A stretch of DNA of 47,627 nt from Hyphomicrobiales bacterium (GTDB taxonomy: Bacteria; Pseudomonadota; Alphaproteobacteria; Rhizobiales; Aestuariivirgaceae): assembly GCA_025356765.1 (NCBI GenBank), contig JANXRO010000205.1:1-47627 (forward strand), given 5' to 3'. Each line of letters opens with the position of its first letter. Position 1 is the stretch's first letter. The notes beneath the pieces are model-generated. The model did no database searches. It was not told the DNA's origin and saw only the letters and a program-made list of their open reading frames with translations. Shown piece by piece: positions 1-9,866 of the stretch. Position numbers and translations under genes: made by a program.

Positions 1-867
1 GCCTTGGCCGTGCCTTTTATCTTCGGGGCTCTCGTCGGAATAGGGCTTTTGTTGCAAAGCTCAGCTTGGATGGGACCCCATGGCAACCCCGTGCAGCTGG
101 TTTTGGGCGTTGGCATGGCCTGCGCTGTGACAGCGCTGCCCATATTGGTGCTTCTGCTGGAGCGATTGGGGATTTTACGTCAGCCTTTGGGCCAGCGGGT
201 GCTGCGCTATGCCAGCCTTGACGATATTGCCATTTGGGCTGTTTTGGCGGCCATTTTGCTGGATTGGAACAGATTGGAACGGCAAGTACTATTTTTCATT
301 GCACTCGTTCCAGTGACGTTTGCTTATCGCCGATTGATGCAACGGATTGCGGAAGATGATCGCTGGTTTGTGGCCCTCATTTGGGTGGCGGCGTGTGGAT
401 TTGCGGCCGACTGGGCGGGATTGCATTTCATGGTTGGAGCGTTTCTTGCAGGCGTGGTGACCGACCGATCTTGGTTCACTTTGGAACGGCTTGATCAATT
501 TCGAACTATGCTTCTGGTGGCGGTGATGCCGGTTTTCTTTCTCTCCACCGGCCTTCGTACGCAATGGGACATGGGCGGCATTTGGGTTTGGGGCGCAGCC
601 TTTGCAATGTTGGCCGCAGCAGTTGGCGGAAAACTGCTAGGCGTTCAACTTGCCGGGCGATTGTTGAACTGGCGAAAAGACGAAGCCTTCGTCATTGGAT
701 GGCTGTTGCAAACCAAGGCATTGATTATGATAATTTTTGCCAACATTTTGCTTGACCGTGAGATCATTGCGCCAAGCCTGTTTACAGCGCTGTTACTCAT
801 GGCAGTGTTGAGCACGTTGCTGACAACTCCCATGGTGCGCCGAAAGCTTTCAAAACTCGAGGCTTAG
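1..867 (+). CDS. Cation:proton antiporter (CPA2/Na+/H+ exchanger family), 5'-truncated by window edge
   Basis: Multi-TM protein with AVTALPILV, ASLDDIAIW, GAFLAG and PVFFLSTGL motifs; frame is open from base 1. Confidence 0.85.
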   Translation, partial: ALAVPFIFGALVGIGLLLQSSAWMGPHGNPVQLVLGVGMACAVTALPILVLLLERLGILRQPLGQRVLRYASLDDIAIWAVLAAILLDWNRLERQVLFFIALVPVTFAYRRLMQRIAEDDRWFVALIWVAACGFAADWAGLHFMVGAFLAGVVTDRSWFTLERLDQFRTMLLVAVMPVFFLSTGLRTQWDMGGIWVWGAAFAMLAAAVGGKLLGVQLAGRLLNWRKDEAFVIGWLLQTKALIMIIFANILLDREIIAPSLFTALLLMAVLSTLLTTPMVRRKLSKLEA

Positions 868-1010
868 GTGTTGGTTTAAATCAACAGCGTTTCTTAGAGA
901 AAATTTAATAACTATGCTTTTGAGAAGCTGACTGAGCGCGGTTTGGCCGACAATTTACTTGGTCTTAAGAGGTATGGAGTAAACCACCTCGAGCCGTGTT
1001 GGAGGAATTG

Positions 1011-1466
1011 ATGAACAGACGAAATATAACTTGGGGCGGAACTGTGGCTGCGATTGCAGCCGTTGCAGGCGTTGTGACCAGCGCCCCGGCCTTAGCCGAT
1101 GATACTGGCGATGTTTTAGGCGCCATTGAAGATTTTCGCAAAGCCATGATTGCGGGCGATGGAGCCCATCTGCTTGAGTTATCGCATGATGACATGAGTT
1201 TTGGCCACGCTGGCGGCGTTGTGCAGACCAAAGTTGAGTTTGTTAAAACCGTTGTAGATAAAACCGAAGTGTTCCACACAATTAAGCTTTATGATCATTG
1301 GATCAAAGTTTCAGGCGATCTTGCAATTGCGCGCCACACTTTTGATGCCTTCATTCTTTACCAAGGCAAAGATCAAAATTTCTTGCTGAACATCGTTCAA
1401 GTTTGGAAAAAGCAAGATGGCCGTTGGCGCTTGTTTGTGCGCCAAGCCTATAAGCTGCCAACCTAA
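1011..1466 (+). CDS. Secreted NTF2-like / DUF4440 family protein
   Basis: GGAGG RBS before ATG 1011; N-terminal RR, hydrophobic stretch and ALA site; SFGHAGGVVQTK and QVWKKQDGRWRLFVRQA are typical of the family. Confidence 0.75.
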   Translation: MNRRNITWGGTVAAIAAVAGVVTSAPALADDTGDVLGAIEDFRKAMIAGDGAHLLELSHDDMSFGHAGGVVQTKVEFVKTVVDKTEVFHTIKLYDHWIKVSGDLAIARHTFDAFILYQGKDQNFLLNIVQVWKKQDGRWRLFVRQAYKLPT

Positions 1467-1492
1467 ACGCAGCGTTCAATCTAATATTTCTG

Positions 1493-1528
1493 AAAGCTTG
1501 GTAAATCGCGAATTTGCCAAGCTTTTTT
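1493..1528. terminator. Intrinsic terminator between convergent genes
   Basis: AAAGCTTGGTAAAT-cgcga-ATTTGCCAAGCTTT hairpin followed by T run. Confidence 0.75.
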
Positions 1529-2198
1529 ATTTTGTGCCCACCATTTGTGGGTTTGAATATTTCAATTGAATTTTTTCAAGCGACACCATTGCTGCGTGGC
1601 CGTTGCCAGCTTGGGTTACAAAAGCGATGGCACTGACTGGAATAAGAGCAGGCATCACACCTTCGGGAATATTCTCGTTTATTGTGATTTTGAAAATACC
1701 GGACTTGATTTGATCTTCATTCCATTCAATTGTTTTTTTTAATTCGCCAATTTGAATATCAATTCGCGCAGTGGATTGAAGCGTTTTTACGACATGACCT
1801 TCAAGTTCAATCACAACATAGGGGCCAAAGGCGGATCCGGGCTTATCAACCACAATATTGGCTTTTGCGCTGGCAGAACCTTCGCGCTTTCCCCCATCTG
1901 CATTGGCCGACATGGGTGCCAGCACCCAAGAAAGATTGCTGGTTGTTTCGGGTGCCTGTAACGCTGGCTTCACATCGGCGGATGGAGTGGTTTTCAATGG
2001 CAGCGCCGCCACGACTGTGGGGATTGAATTTGGCGTCTTGGCGTTAACAGCTATTTTTTGCGCGTGAACTGTTTTCTGGGGTTTGTGTTTCAGGTGAACG
2101 GGTGGCGCTTTGTCAAAAATCAACGGCAAATCGGCCGCAAAACTTACGTTCGCAGTGCACAAACAACACAACCAAGTAAAAACTACTACGCGAAACAT
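1527..2198 (-). CDS. Hypothetical exported protein
   Basis: 223-aa ORF; signal-peptide-like N-terminus (..VSFA/AD), Pro/Lys/Thr-rich linker, beta-rich C-terminal half. Confidence 0.6.
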   Translation of the reverse strand: MFRVVVFTWLCCLCTANVSFAADLPLIFDKAPPVHLKHKPQKTVHAQKIAVNAKTPNSIPTVVAALPLKTTPSADVKPALQAPETTSNLSWVLAPMSANADGGKREGSASAKANIVVDKPGSAFGPYVVIELEGHVVKTLQSTARIDIQIGELKKTIEWNEDQIKSGIFKITINENIPEGVMPALIPVSAIAFVTQAGNGHAAMVSLEKIQLKYSNPQMVGTK

Positions 2199-2242
2199 AG
2201 ATCACCGACATCGATTTTTTAACGAATCAGCCAACGCAATTC

Positions 2243-2258
2243 GTTAACAAACCGTAAA
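2243..2258 (-). promoter_or_regulatory. Candidate CtrA box (1 mismatch)
   Basis: Minus strand TTTA-cggtttg-TTAAC versus consensus TTAA-N7-TTAAC; GANTC at 2224-2228. Confidence 0.4.
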
Positions 2259-2286
2259 TGAGCGGGGTGAACTGTTCAATCGGCAA

Positions 2287-2997
2287 TTATGTGGTTTCCA
2301 CAATTTTCATTTCTACGAGGGCAATCAAGTGTTTTGGCACAATCTGCAGAAACTGAATGTTCCAACTCTCAGATTTATGCTGTGGGCGAAGAATTTTGTA
2401 TGACGTTGTTCCCGTGGCTTTCAAAACAAAGGTGTTCAAGCCGAAAATGATCCCTTTGCCGATGGCCTTTAAGCCAGCCTCTTTGCCTGTCCAATAATGC
2501 AAAAAGCCAGAATTTTGCTCTGCTTCTGGCAAACTTGCCAAAGCCTCTGCCTCTTCAGGTGTGAAATGTCGTTTGGCCAAGGCCACAATGTTTTCAACTT
2601 TGCGCAACCGTTCGATATCAATGCCAATGGCGTTTTGCCAACTGGCGCAAGCAATGGCGGTTGTGCCACTTGATGAGAATGACAAGTGGAGCCCCGGTGC
2701 ATCTGTACACGTGGGCTTTGTGTCGCGTTGATGGACCATAGCCAGATCGGACGGTGGAACGCTGGTGGATAACATATTGGCGAGAAAAAGCCGTTGGAAG
2801 CAGCGGCGCGCCACGAAATGGCGAAATTCGACGTGATCAGAAACCGAGGCAGCCTTTTCTTTTTCCTCAGCTGAAAGAAAATTCAGAAACTCAGCTTCTG
2901 ACAATGAGTCATCATCGGTAAAGGATGCAATATTTGGGCCTTCTTTAGACAGCGTATGCCAAATGATGTGTTGTTGTGGCAAAATATTACGATTCAT
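2287..2997 (-). CDS. Sfp-type 4'-phosphopantetheinyl transferase
   Basis: IGIDIE and WTGKEAGLKAIGKG motifs; start placed at ATG 2997 because the longer ORF would overlap dctP. Confidence 0.85.
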   Translation of the reverse strand: MNRNILPQQHIIWHTLSKEGPNIASFTDDDSLSEAEFLNFLSAEEKEKAASVSDHVEFRHFVARRCFQRLFLANMLSTSVPPSDLAMVHQRDTKPTCTDAPGLHLSFSSSGTTAIACASWQNAIGIDIERLRKVENIVALAKRHFTPEEAEALASLPEAEQNSGFLHYWTGKEAGLKAIGKGIIFGLNTFVLKATGTTSYKILRPQHKSESWNIQFLQIVPKHLIALVEMKIVETT

Positions 2998-3169
2998 AAA
3001 CCAAATAATTTGAATAAGCCTAGAAAGCCTAAATTTTGCGGCTTTGCAACCAAAAGCAAACCGCATTTTAACTGGTGACCCATTACAACACATAGCGAAA
3101 AGAAATCGTGCTTCGTATCGTTGGGAAATCCATCGTCGCAGCTTTGGGCCAGAGACAATAGGTAGTTTT

Positions 3170-4150
3170 ATGAAAAACATAGCTTCATCGATCCCCGCAT
3201 TCTTGCTTTTGGCACCACTGACGGGGGCCGCTTCTGCCGCTGAAATGTGGGATATGCCAACAGCTTATCCGGCCTCGAATTTTCAAACCATTAATGCTCA
3301 AGAATTCAGTGTCTGCGTCAGCAAAGGCACCAATGGTGATATTACCATTATGCTTCATCCCAACGGATCGCTGTTCAAAGGCAATGACATCAAGCGCGCT
3401 GTTCAAACAGGGCAGACACAAATTGGCGAACGATTGCTATCGTCCCATGAAAATGAAAATCCAGTATTTGGCACAGATTCCATTCCCTTCATTGCGACAA
3501 CTTATGAAGACTCTGTGAACCTATACAAAGCTGCGCGGCCAGAGCTTGATCGCGTTTTAGAAGGGCAGGGCCTGAAGCTGCTCTATTCCGTGCCTTGGCC
3601 GCCGAATGGAATGTTCTTCAAGAAGGACGTGCAATCTGTAAGTGACATGGCTGGCATTAAAGTGCGCGCTTATAACAAAGAAAGTGCTCGGATTGCGGCT
3701 TTAACGGGCATGACACCAGTGTCGCTGGAAGCTGCTGAAATTAGCCAAGGCATGGCTGCTGGTGTGATCAATTCATTGATGACATCATCTGTGACCGGCA
3801 AAGACAGTCGCGTGTGGGAACAGCTCAATCACTTTTATCAAGTGAAAGCTTGGATGCCCCGTAACTCTGTAATTATTAACAAGGCGGTATGGTCTGGCCT
3901 TTCTAAGGACAAGCAAGACGTTATTTTGAAATGCTCTGCTGATGCAGAAGCGGCCGGATTGGAAAAATCAAAGGCTGCTGATGCAGAGGCCATCGAAGCT
4001 TTGAAAAGCAATGGCATGCAGGTGTTAGCGCCTTCAGATAAACTTGCCAGTGAGCTGAGCAAAATTGGCCAGACGATTGCCAAGGAATGGGCAGTCAATG
4101 CTGGTGCCGCGGGCAGCTCTATTATGGCTGGCTATAAAAAGTCGAACTGA
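3170..4150 (+). CDS. dctP: TRAP transporter substrate-binding protein
   Basis: Signal peptide; WDMPTAYPASNFQT, LHPNGSLFKG and KVRAYN (conserved Arg) motifs; start at ATG 3170. Confidence 0.9.
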   Translation: MKNIASSIPAFLLLAPLTGAASAAEMWDMPTAYPASNFQTINAQEFSVCVSKGTNGDITIMLHPNGSLFKGNDIKRAVQTGQTQIGERLLSSHENENPVFGTDSIPFIATTYEDSVNLYKAARPELDRVLEGQGLKLLYSVPWPPNGMFFKKDVQSVSDMAGIKVRAYNKESARIAALTGMTPVSLEAAEISQGMAAGVINSLMTSSVTGKDSRVWEQLNHFYQVKAWMPRNSVIINKAVWSGLSKDKQDVILKCSADAEAAGLEKSKAADAEAIEALKSNGMQVLAPSDKLASELSKIGQTIAKEWAVNAGAAGSSIMAGYKKSN

Positions 4151-4192
4151 TAAATTTCTACGTATCAGTACTATCGAAAAATTTCTGGAAAA

Positions 4193-4756
4193 ATGATGTC
4201 AACCGTTGTGCCTCAAAATAATATCGAAAGCCAACGCTCTGGTTCTTCGACTTTGCATGGGCGCGTTTTGGATAAGGCTTATCTTTGGGCCGGCTATGCT
4301 GCGGCCAGTTGTATATGTCTTATTCTCGTTGTCACATTGACACAGATTGTAACGCGGTATCTTGGCATCGATCTGCGCGGCCTTTCAAGCTATGCGGGTT
4401 ATTTGATGGCAGCATCGACGTTTCTAGGCCTGGCCCACGCTTTAAGCCGCGGAGCGCATATTCGCATCGAGACAATTTCAAAGTTGTTTGGCGCTCGGCA
4501 AAAATACATTGATCTTTTTTCCTATGCGACAGGAGCCGTCATCGCAAGTTGGTTTGCTTATTATTGCTGCAACATGGTCTTCACAACATTCATATTGCAA
4601 GATGTCAGTACCGATCTGGATGCAACGCCATTGTGGATTCCGCAAGCAACAATGGCCTTTGGCACGGCACTTTTTGCCATCGCAATGCTTGATAATTTTC
4701 TGACTTTGTTGCTTACGGGCAAATATCGTTTTCAACCTAGTGTTCAATCGGTTTAG
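4193..4756 (+). CDS. dctQ: TRAP transporter small permease
   Basis: About 4 TM; LSRGAHIRIE and TPLWIPQ motifs. Confidence 0.9.
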   Translation: MMSTVVPQNNIESQRSGSSTLHGRVLDKAYLWAGYAAASCICLILVVTLTQIVTRYLGIDLRGLSSYAGYLMAASTFLGLAHALSRGAHIRIETISKLFGARQKYIDLFSYATGAVIASWFAYYCCNMVFTTFILQDVSTDLDATPLWIPQATMAFGTALFAIAMLDNFLTLLLTGKYRFQPSVQSV

Positions 4757-4771
4757 GCAGGAACGCTGGCT

Positions 4772-6082
4772 ATGGACCCCATCGTCACAATCACATTGCT
4801 GCTTGCACTGATGTTTGCATTGTTGGCGGCAGGAGTTTGGATTGCACCTGTCTTAATGGCAGTGGCGGCAATCGCCATTGATGTGATTGCCGGAAGGCCC
4901 GCTGGATTTTCAATTGCTACAACCGCATGGTCTGGCGCTTCATCATGGATGCTAACGGCACTTCCAATGTTTATTTGGATGGGCGATATTCTGTTTCAAT
5001 CGCGCCTTTCAGAGGATCTGTTTAAAGGATTATCGCCGTTGATGCGGCGCATTCCAGGGGGGCTGCTTCATACAAATGTTTTAGGGTGCACGCTTGTTGC
5101 AGCTGTTTCAGGCTCTTCGGTGGCTACGCTGACGACAGTTGGTAAAATGACAATTCCAGAATTGCGCAAACGGGGTTATCCCGAACATCTGATTGTAAGC
5201 ACATTGGCAGGGCCAGCGACATTGGGGCTTATGATCCCACCTTCGATTATTATGATTGTTTATGGCGCTTTAACAAACGAGTCCATTGCAGCCATAAACA
5301 TTGCTGGCATTTTACCAGGCCTTGTTTTGGCGGCCATGTTTTCAGGTTATGTGGCACTGGTATCGCTTTTTATGAAAAGTCAGATGCCAGCGCAGGAAGC
5401 GCGGGTGAGTTGGCGGCAGAAGTTGATTGGTGCGCGCGCCCTTATTCCAATTGTTGTTTTGCTCAGCTTGGTTATTGGAACGATGATGTTTGGCATTGCC
5501 ACGGCCACTGAAGCCGCTGCAGTGGGTGTTTTGGGTGCACTGATTTTGGCTTTTCTGCAAGGCACTTTGAATTCAAAAATGTTTGTCGATAGCTTGATGA
5601 GTGCAACACGAACTTCGGTGATGATCTCTCTCATCTTGGTGGCGGCTGGCTCTCTTTCCCTTGCTATGGGCTATCTGCGTTTGCCAGAAATGCTGGCCCA
5701 GTGGGTGGATGGCCTTCACCTTTCTGCCTTTTGGCTTTTGATGGGCCTGTTGGTTCTTTATACAATTCTGGGTCATTTTTTGGATGGCATTTCATGTGTC
5801 GCGCTGACCATTGCGATTGTGGAACCCATGGTGCGTCATGCTGGCATTGATATGGTTTGGTTTGGAATTTTCATGGTGCTCGTGGTTGAAATGGCGCAGA
5901 TCACGCCACCTGTCGGTTTTAACCTGACGGTGCTTCAGTCAATGACTGGCAATGACATGTTCAAAGTAGGTTGGTGGTCTATGCCGATGCATGGCGTGAT
6001 GTTGGTGATGGTGTTCATTCTCATCGCCTTCCCCGAACTTGCGATGTGGTTACCCCATCATATGATTCCTGTGCGGGCTTAA
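4772..6082 (+). CDS. dctM: TRAP transporter large permease
   Basis: ALPMFIWMG, AVSGSSVAT, LGLMIPPS and QITPPVGFNL motifs. Confidence 0.93.
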   Translation: MDPIVTITLLLALMFALLAAGVWIAPVLMAVAAIAIDVIAGRPAGFSIATTAWSGASSWMLTALPMFIWMGDILFQSRLSEDLFKGLSPLMRRIPGGLLHTNVLGCTLVAAVSGSSVATLTTVGKMTIPELRKRGYPEHLIVSTLAGPATLGLMIPPSIIMIVYGALTNESIAAINIAGILPGLVLAAMFSGYVALVSLFMKSQMPAQEARVSWRQKLIGARALIPIVVLLSLVIGTMMFGIATATEAAAVGVLGALILAFLQGTLNSKMFVDSLMSATRTSVMISLILVAAGSLSLAMGYLRLPEMLAQWVDGLHLSAFWLLMGLLVLYTILGHFLDGISCVALTIAIVEPMVRHAGIDMVWFGIFMVLVVEMAQITPPVGFNLTVLQSMTGNDMFKVGWWSMPMHGVMLVMVFILIAFPELAMWLPHHMIPVRA

Positions 6083-6122
6083 GCGATCACATAAACTTTT
6101 TACGATCGCATTTGTTTCAAAT

Positions 6123-6156
6123 AAAAAAAGGCCCCGGTTTTTGCCGGGGCCTTTTT
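6123..6156. terminator. Bidirectional intrinsic terminator
   Basis: A7-GGCCCCGG-tttttg-CCGGGGCC-T5 between convergent dctM and response regulator. Confidence 0.9.
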
Positions 6157-6169
6157 GATGAAGTATAGA

Positions 6170-6637
6170 CTAGGCCGCAGAGCGCTGGCATTCTGGTGGC
6201 AATGAGACAATCTCCACCCAATAATGGCCAACCGTCTTTACGATGTCTACCAACTTGTCGAATGAAACCGGCTTACAGATAAACGAATTCACGCCGAGAT
6301 TATAAGTTTTGATAATATCTTCTTCGGCTTTGGATGTGGTGAGAATGATAATCGGAATTCGGTGAAGTTCCGGATCTGCTTTGATTTCTTTCAGAACAGT
6401 GCGGCCATCTTTGCGTGGCATGTTTAGATCAAGAAGGATGAAGCCCGGATAGGGTTGGCCCTTCAAATGTTCCCATTTTCCTTCACGCCGCAAATATTCG
6501 AGAAGCTGAACTCCATCTTCAACAAAATCAATTGGGTTATTCAGTTTCGATGCCTCAAATGCATCTTTAATCATCATCCGATCATCGGCATCGTCGTCTG
6601 CAACAGCAATGCGAACTGGAAAACTGCTACGTATCAT
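6170..6637 (-). CDS. Single-domain response regulator (Rcp1-like)
   Basis: ADDD acidic pocket, ILLDLNMPRKDG, ILTTS, LGVNSFICKP; 4-bp overlap with the kinase gene. Confidence 0.9.
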   Translation of the reverse strand: MIRSSFPVRIAVADDDADDRMMIKDAFEASKLNNPIDFVEDGVQLLEYLRREGKWEHLKGQPYPGFILLDLNMPRKDGRTVLKEIKADPELHRIPIIILTTSKAEEDIIKTYNLGVNSFICKPVSFDKLVDIVKTVGHYWVEIVSLPPECQRSAA

Positions 6638-8640
6638 GCTGGTGCACCTTTTCTATTTTGTTCAATGGGTAGGGTTACATAAAACTTTGCGCCAATATTA
6701 AGTTGGCCATCGGCGTTGATTGTTCCGCCATGTCGCTCAATAATTTTTCTTACAGTGGCAAGGCCAATGCCGGTGCCTTCATATTCAGTTCGGCTGTGTA
6801 AGCGCTGGAATATGGTGAAAATTTTGTCTTTGAACTCATTGTCAAAGCCAATGCCATTATCGGCAAAGACAATATTGGTGTGTGCGACTCCACTGACCGA
6901 ATCCTGGGCGGGCACAAATTCAGAGCTGATCGTAATAACGGGCAGCACATCTGCTTTGCGGAACTTCAATGCGTTGCCCAAAAGGTTTTGCAACAACTGA
7001 CGCATTTGCATCGGTTCGCATTCAATTGTTGGCAAATCGTCAAAGTTTATGGTGGCTTTTGTTTCTTCAATCCGGATTTGGAGATCTGAGAGAACTTCTC
7101 CAAGTACTTTACTCAGCGAAATTTTTTGAAAATCTTTCGCGCCAGTTGTCACACGTGAGTATGAAAGCAAATCATTGATCAGCGTGCGCATGCGGCCCGC
7201 GGCATTTTGCATGCGGTCTACAAACATCTTGCCGTCGTCTGGCAGGATTGAGGAATATTTGTTGACCAAGCGTTCGCCGAAAGCTTCGATTTTGCGCAAA
7301 GGTTCTTGCAAATCATGTGAAGCCACATAAGCAAAGTCTGCCAACTCGCGGTTTGAGTGTTCAAGCTTCTGGGTATATTGCAACATCGTAGCCGCATTGC
7401 GCTCTACTTCGGTGATGTCTTCATAGGTGGCGATTGTGCCGCCATCACTCATTGGTTCATTCATCACCGCGATTACACGGCCATCTTTCAGATATTGTTT
7501 GATAACGCTGCGGCGTGCGAGTTGGCTCGGGTCGTTGCGTTGGGCCAAAGCGCGATCAGCTTCTTCCGTTGTATAGTTCCCCAAGCTTACTGAGTATTGC
7601 ATAATTTCGCGAAGTGAGATGCCGGGCTTGACCACATCTGCCGAAAATCCATAAATTTCCAAATAGCGTTTGTTGACCACAATCAACTTTTGATCTTTGT
7701 CGAACATGCAAAGACCCTGCACCATGTTGCTCAACGCGGTGTCGAAATGCAAATTTCGCGCGTGAAGCTGTCGCGAAATGCGCAACATTTCAATTTCGCG
7801 CAATTTGATTTCCGTAATATCAGAGCGTGTTCCAACGATACCACCATCATTGGTGCGTTTTTCAGTGATAAGAAGCCAACGCCCGTCGGCCAGTTGAACC
7901 TGATAAGGTTCAACGGGATTGCGATGTTTGTCCAAGCGCCATTTCACGTATTGCTCTTGCGTCATTCCATTCAGAATAAACGCGCCGCGCGCGGTGGACT
8001 TGCGCAGAATTTCTTCTTTTTCAGCACCGGGCATAATAACATCGGCAGCCAGCGGGCTGTAGTCGAGATATTTGCGGTTATAGAGAACCATCCGATCGTT
8101 GGCGTCATATAATGCAAAACCATCTGCCATAACGTCAAGCGCATGCATCAAGCGCGAGCGGGATTGCTCTGCTATCATTTCATATTGGGTGTTGAGGTCA
8201 ATGCCTGTGGAAGCGCTGTCAATTTGGCGCGCTGTTTCTACGGCGGTTCCGTTGGGAAGTCTGCGGCGGCGAATTTCAACCATGCTGCCGCTTGGCGCTG
8301 TGTAACGGAAGGAATATGCTGTGCCCGGTTGCAGGCGTTCTATAATTCTATCGATTTTTCCAGTGACGTCTTCATCAGGAACATTCAGGCGTTGAAATGT
8401 GATCTGCATAAGCTTTTGCAGCTGGGTTCCTGTTGGCATATCTGAAGTTCGATAGCCGCAAAGTGATTTATAAAGATCGTTGCATGCCAACAGCCGCAAC
8501 TGAGAATCAAACAAGGCCAGTCCTACATCGGCACCTGCAAACAGATCATTTATTCCGGCACTGGCGTTTTCCGATGTCATTTCGGTAAGAACATTTTCTG
8601 CGCCTTTGAGAATTGGCGTCGCATTGCTATTGATTTTCAC
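6634..8640 (-). CDS. Soluble multi-PAS histidine kinase (Cph1-like HisKA/HATPase core)
   Basis: Three PAS-fold-like repeats (GLALFD, GFALYD, GLCMFD); FAYVASHDLQEPLRKI H-box; NLLGNALKF, DNGIGF and GTGIGL boxes; start uncertain. Confidence 0.9.
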   Translation of the reverse strand: MKINSNATPILKGAENVLTEMTSENASAGINDLFAGADVGLALFDSQLRLLACNDLYKSLCGYRTSDMPTGTQLQKLMQITFQRLNVPDEDVTGKIDRIIERLQPGTAYSFRYTAPSGSMVEIRRRRLPNGTAVETARQIDSASTGIDLNTQYEMIAEQSRSRLMHALDVMADGFALYDANDRMVLYNRKYLDYSPLAADVIMPGAEKEEILRKSTARGAFILNGMTQEQYVKWRLDKHRNPVEPYQVQLADGRWLLITEKRTNDGGIVGTRSDITEIKLREIEMLRISRQLHARNLHFDTALSNMVQGLCMFDKDQKLIVVNKRYLEIYGFSADVVKPGISLREIMQYSVSLGNYTTEEADRALAQRNDPSQLARRSVIKQYLKDGRVIAVMNEPMSDGGTIATYEDITEVERNAATMLQYTQKLEHSNRELADFAYVASHDLQEPLRKIEAFGERLVNKYSSILPDDGKMFVDRMQNAAGRMRTLINDLLSYSRVTTGAKDFQKISLSKVLGEVLSDLQIRIEETKATINFDDLPTIECEPMQMRQLLQNLLGNALKFRKADVLPVITISSEFVPAQDSVSGVAHTNIVFADNGIGFDNEFKDKIFTIFQRLHSRTEYEGTGIGLATVRKIIERHGGTINADGQLNIGAKFYVTLPIEQNRKGAPA

Positions 8641-8784
8641 AAAAAGTCCCCAAATTTTACAGTGTGCTTAGCCGAAAAAAATAAATGAAGGGTGAAGGGC
8701 ATTAAGACCTTCTTGCTGTTAGCGTTTTCGTAGTTTTAACGAATTTGCCCGATAAGACGATCAGTGAAGATGGGTTTTACCGTA

Positions 8785-8822
8785 TTGGGTTCTATCCTGA
8801 ATGTTGGGTTCTATCCTGAATG
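8785..8822. repeat. Perfect 2 x 19-bp tandem direct repeat
   Basis: TTGGGTTCTATCCTGAATG at 8785-8803 and 8804-8822. Confidence 0.95.
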
Positions 8823-8851
8823 TTTGTATGCGTTAATGTGGAACGGAAAAT

Positions 8852-9838
8852 ATGCTCTCGAGTTTAGAACGAACACTTGCTTGTTGGCTTTTGGCAGGTG
8901 CAATTTTGGCAGGATTTTTAGTGCCAGGATTGTCGGAGATTTTTGAACCCTATAAGCTTGAAAGCTTGTTCATTCTCATTGTTATGTCTTTGTTGCCCAT
9001 GGGCCGCATGGATGTCGACGCTGTATTTACCCTCGACTCAAAAGTTTGGAAAATTGTGTTGTGGCAATTGCTGGGATTGCCGGCATTGGTTGTTGCCGCC
9101 GCACATTTAGCGCGGATTGATATGACAATTACCAAGCTGATGGTGATCACGGCATCGGCTGGTTCACTTTTTGCTTCTCCTACCTTTGCTGAGCTGCTTC
9201 AGGTTAACAAACAAAGAGCGCTTCAATGTATGGTTTTATCGACATTCCTGATGCCACTTTCATACTTTGTATTTTTTACGCTCGTTCTTCATACGAAAGT
9301 AAATTTGGATTTCGCAGACTATGTTGATCGATGCCTGACCTTTTTGATCATGCCGCTGGGCTTGTTCTTGGTCTATATGGGTATCTCTACAAGTTTGCCG
9401 CGCAAAATTGCCGATACCATTGAAAGTGTTTCACGGCGTTCCACAATCATTGCACTTGTCATATTTGGCATTGGCGTTGTGGGCCCTGCGCGTGACCTTA
9501 TGCACACCGATTTTAATCACTTTTTGCTTTATCTGGTGATCGTGAATGCCTTGGGCATTGGCATGGCCTATCTGACTATTGTTGTGATGTTTCGCCAAGG
9601 CATCAACGATGCGATGACAGCAAGCATAGTTAGCGGTTTTCGCAACGTAGGTTTGGGCATGGTTTTGCTCACTGGAGTTTCAGGCGTTCACACCGCCCAA
9701 TATGTTGGCGTGTCGCAGATACCGATATTTTTGGCCCCATTGGCGTTGAGTTTGTTGATGCGCAAGCAACGCAACAGTTCATTTGCTCGTGTGAACCAAT
9801 CTCTCGACGAATTGGGTTCAAAACAAATTGCCGCTTAA
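8852..9838 (+). CDS. Membrane transporter, bile acid:sodium symporter/BART-like
   Basis: About 10 hydrophobic segments; GFRNVGL near the C-terminus resembles the ASBT-family GxxN motif. Confidence 0.55.
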   Translation: MLSSLERTLACWLLAGAILAGFLVPGLSEIFEPYKLESLFILIVMSLLPMGRMDVDAVFTLDSKVWKIVLWQLLGLPALVVAAAHLARIDMTITKLMVITASAGSLFASPTFAELLQVNKQRALQCMVLSTFLMPLSYFVFFTLVLHTKVNLDFADYVDRCLTFLIMPLGLFLVYMGISTSLPRKIADTIESVSRRSTIIALVIFGIGVVGPARDLMHTDFNHFLLYLVIVNALGIGMAYLTIVVMFRQGINDAMTASIVSGFRNVGLGMVLLTGVSGVHTAQYVGVSQIPIFLAPLALSLLMRKQRNSSFARVNQSLDELGSKQIAA

Positions 9839-9866
9839 CTTTGCGGCGAACTTTGCCGATTTCGAC

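Noticed and set aside
2998-3180. Overlapping N-terminal extensions of PPTase and DctP ORFs
   Set aside because: Artefacts of longest-ORF calling; internal ATGs give normal proteins and a divergent promoter gap
8785-8822. Mini-CRISPR
   Set aside because: Only two abutting copies, no spacer, no cas genes
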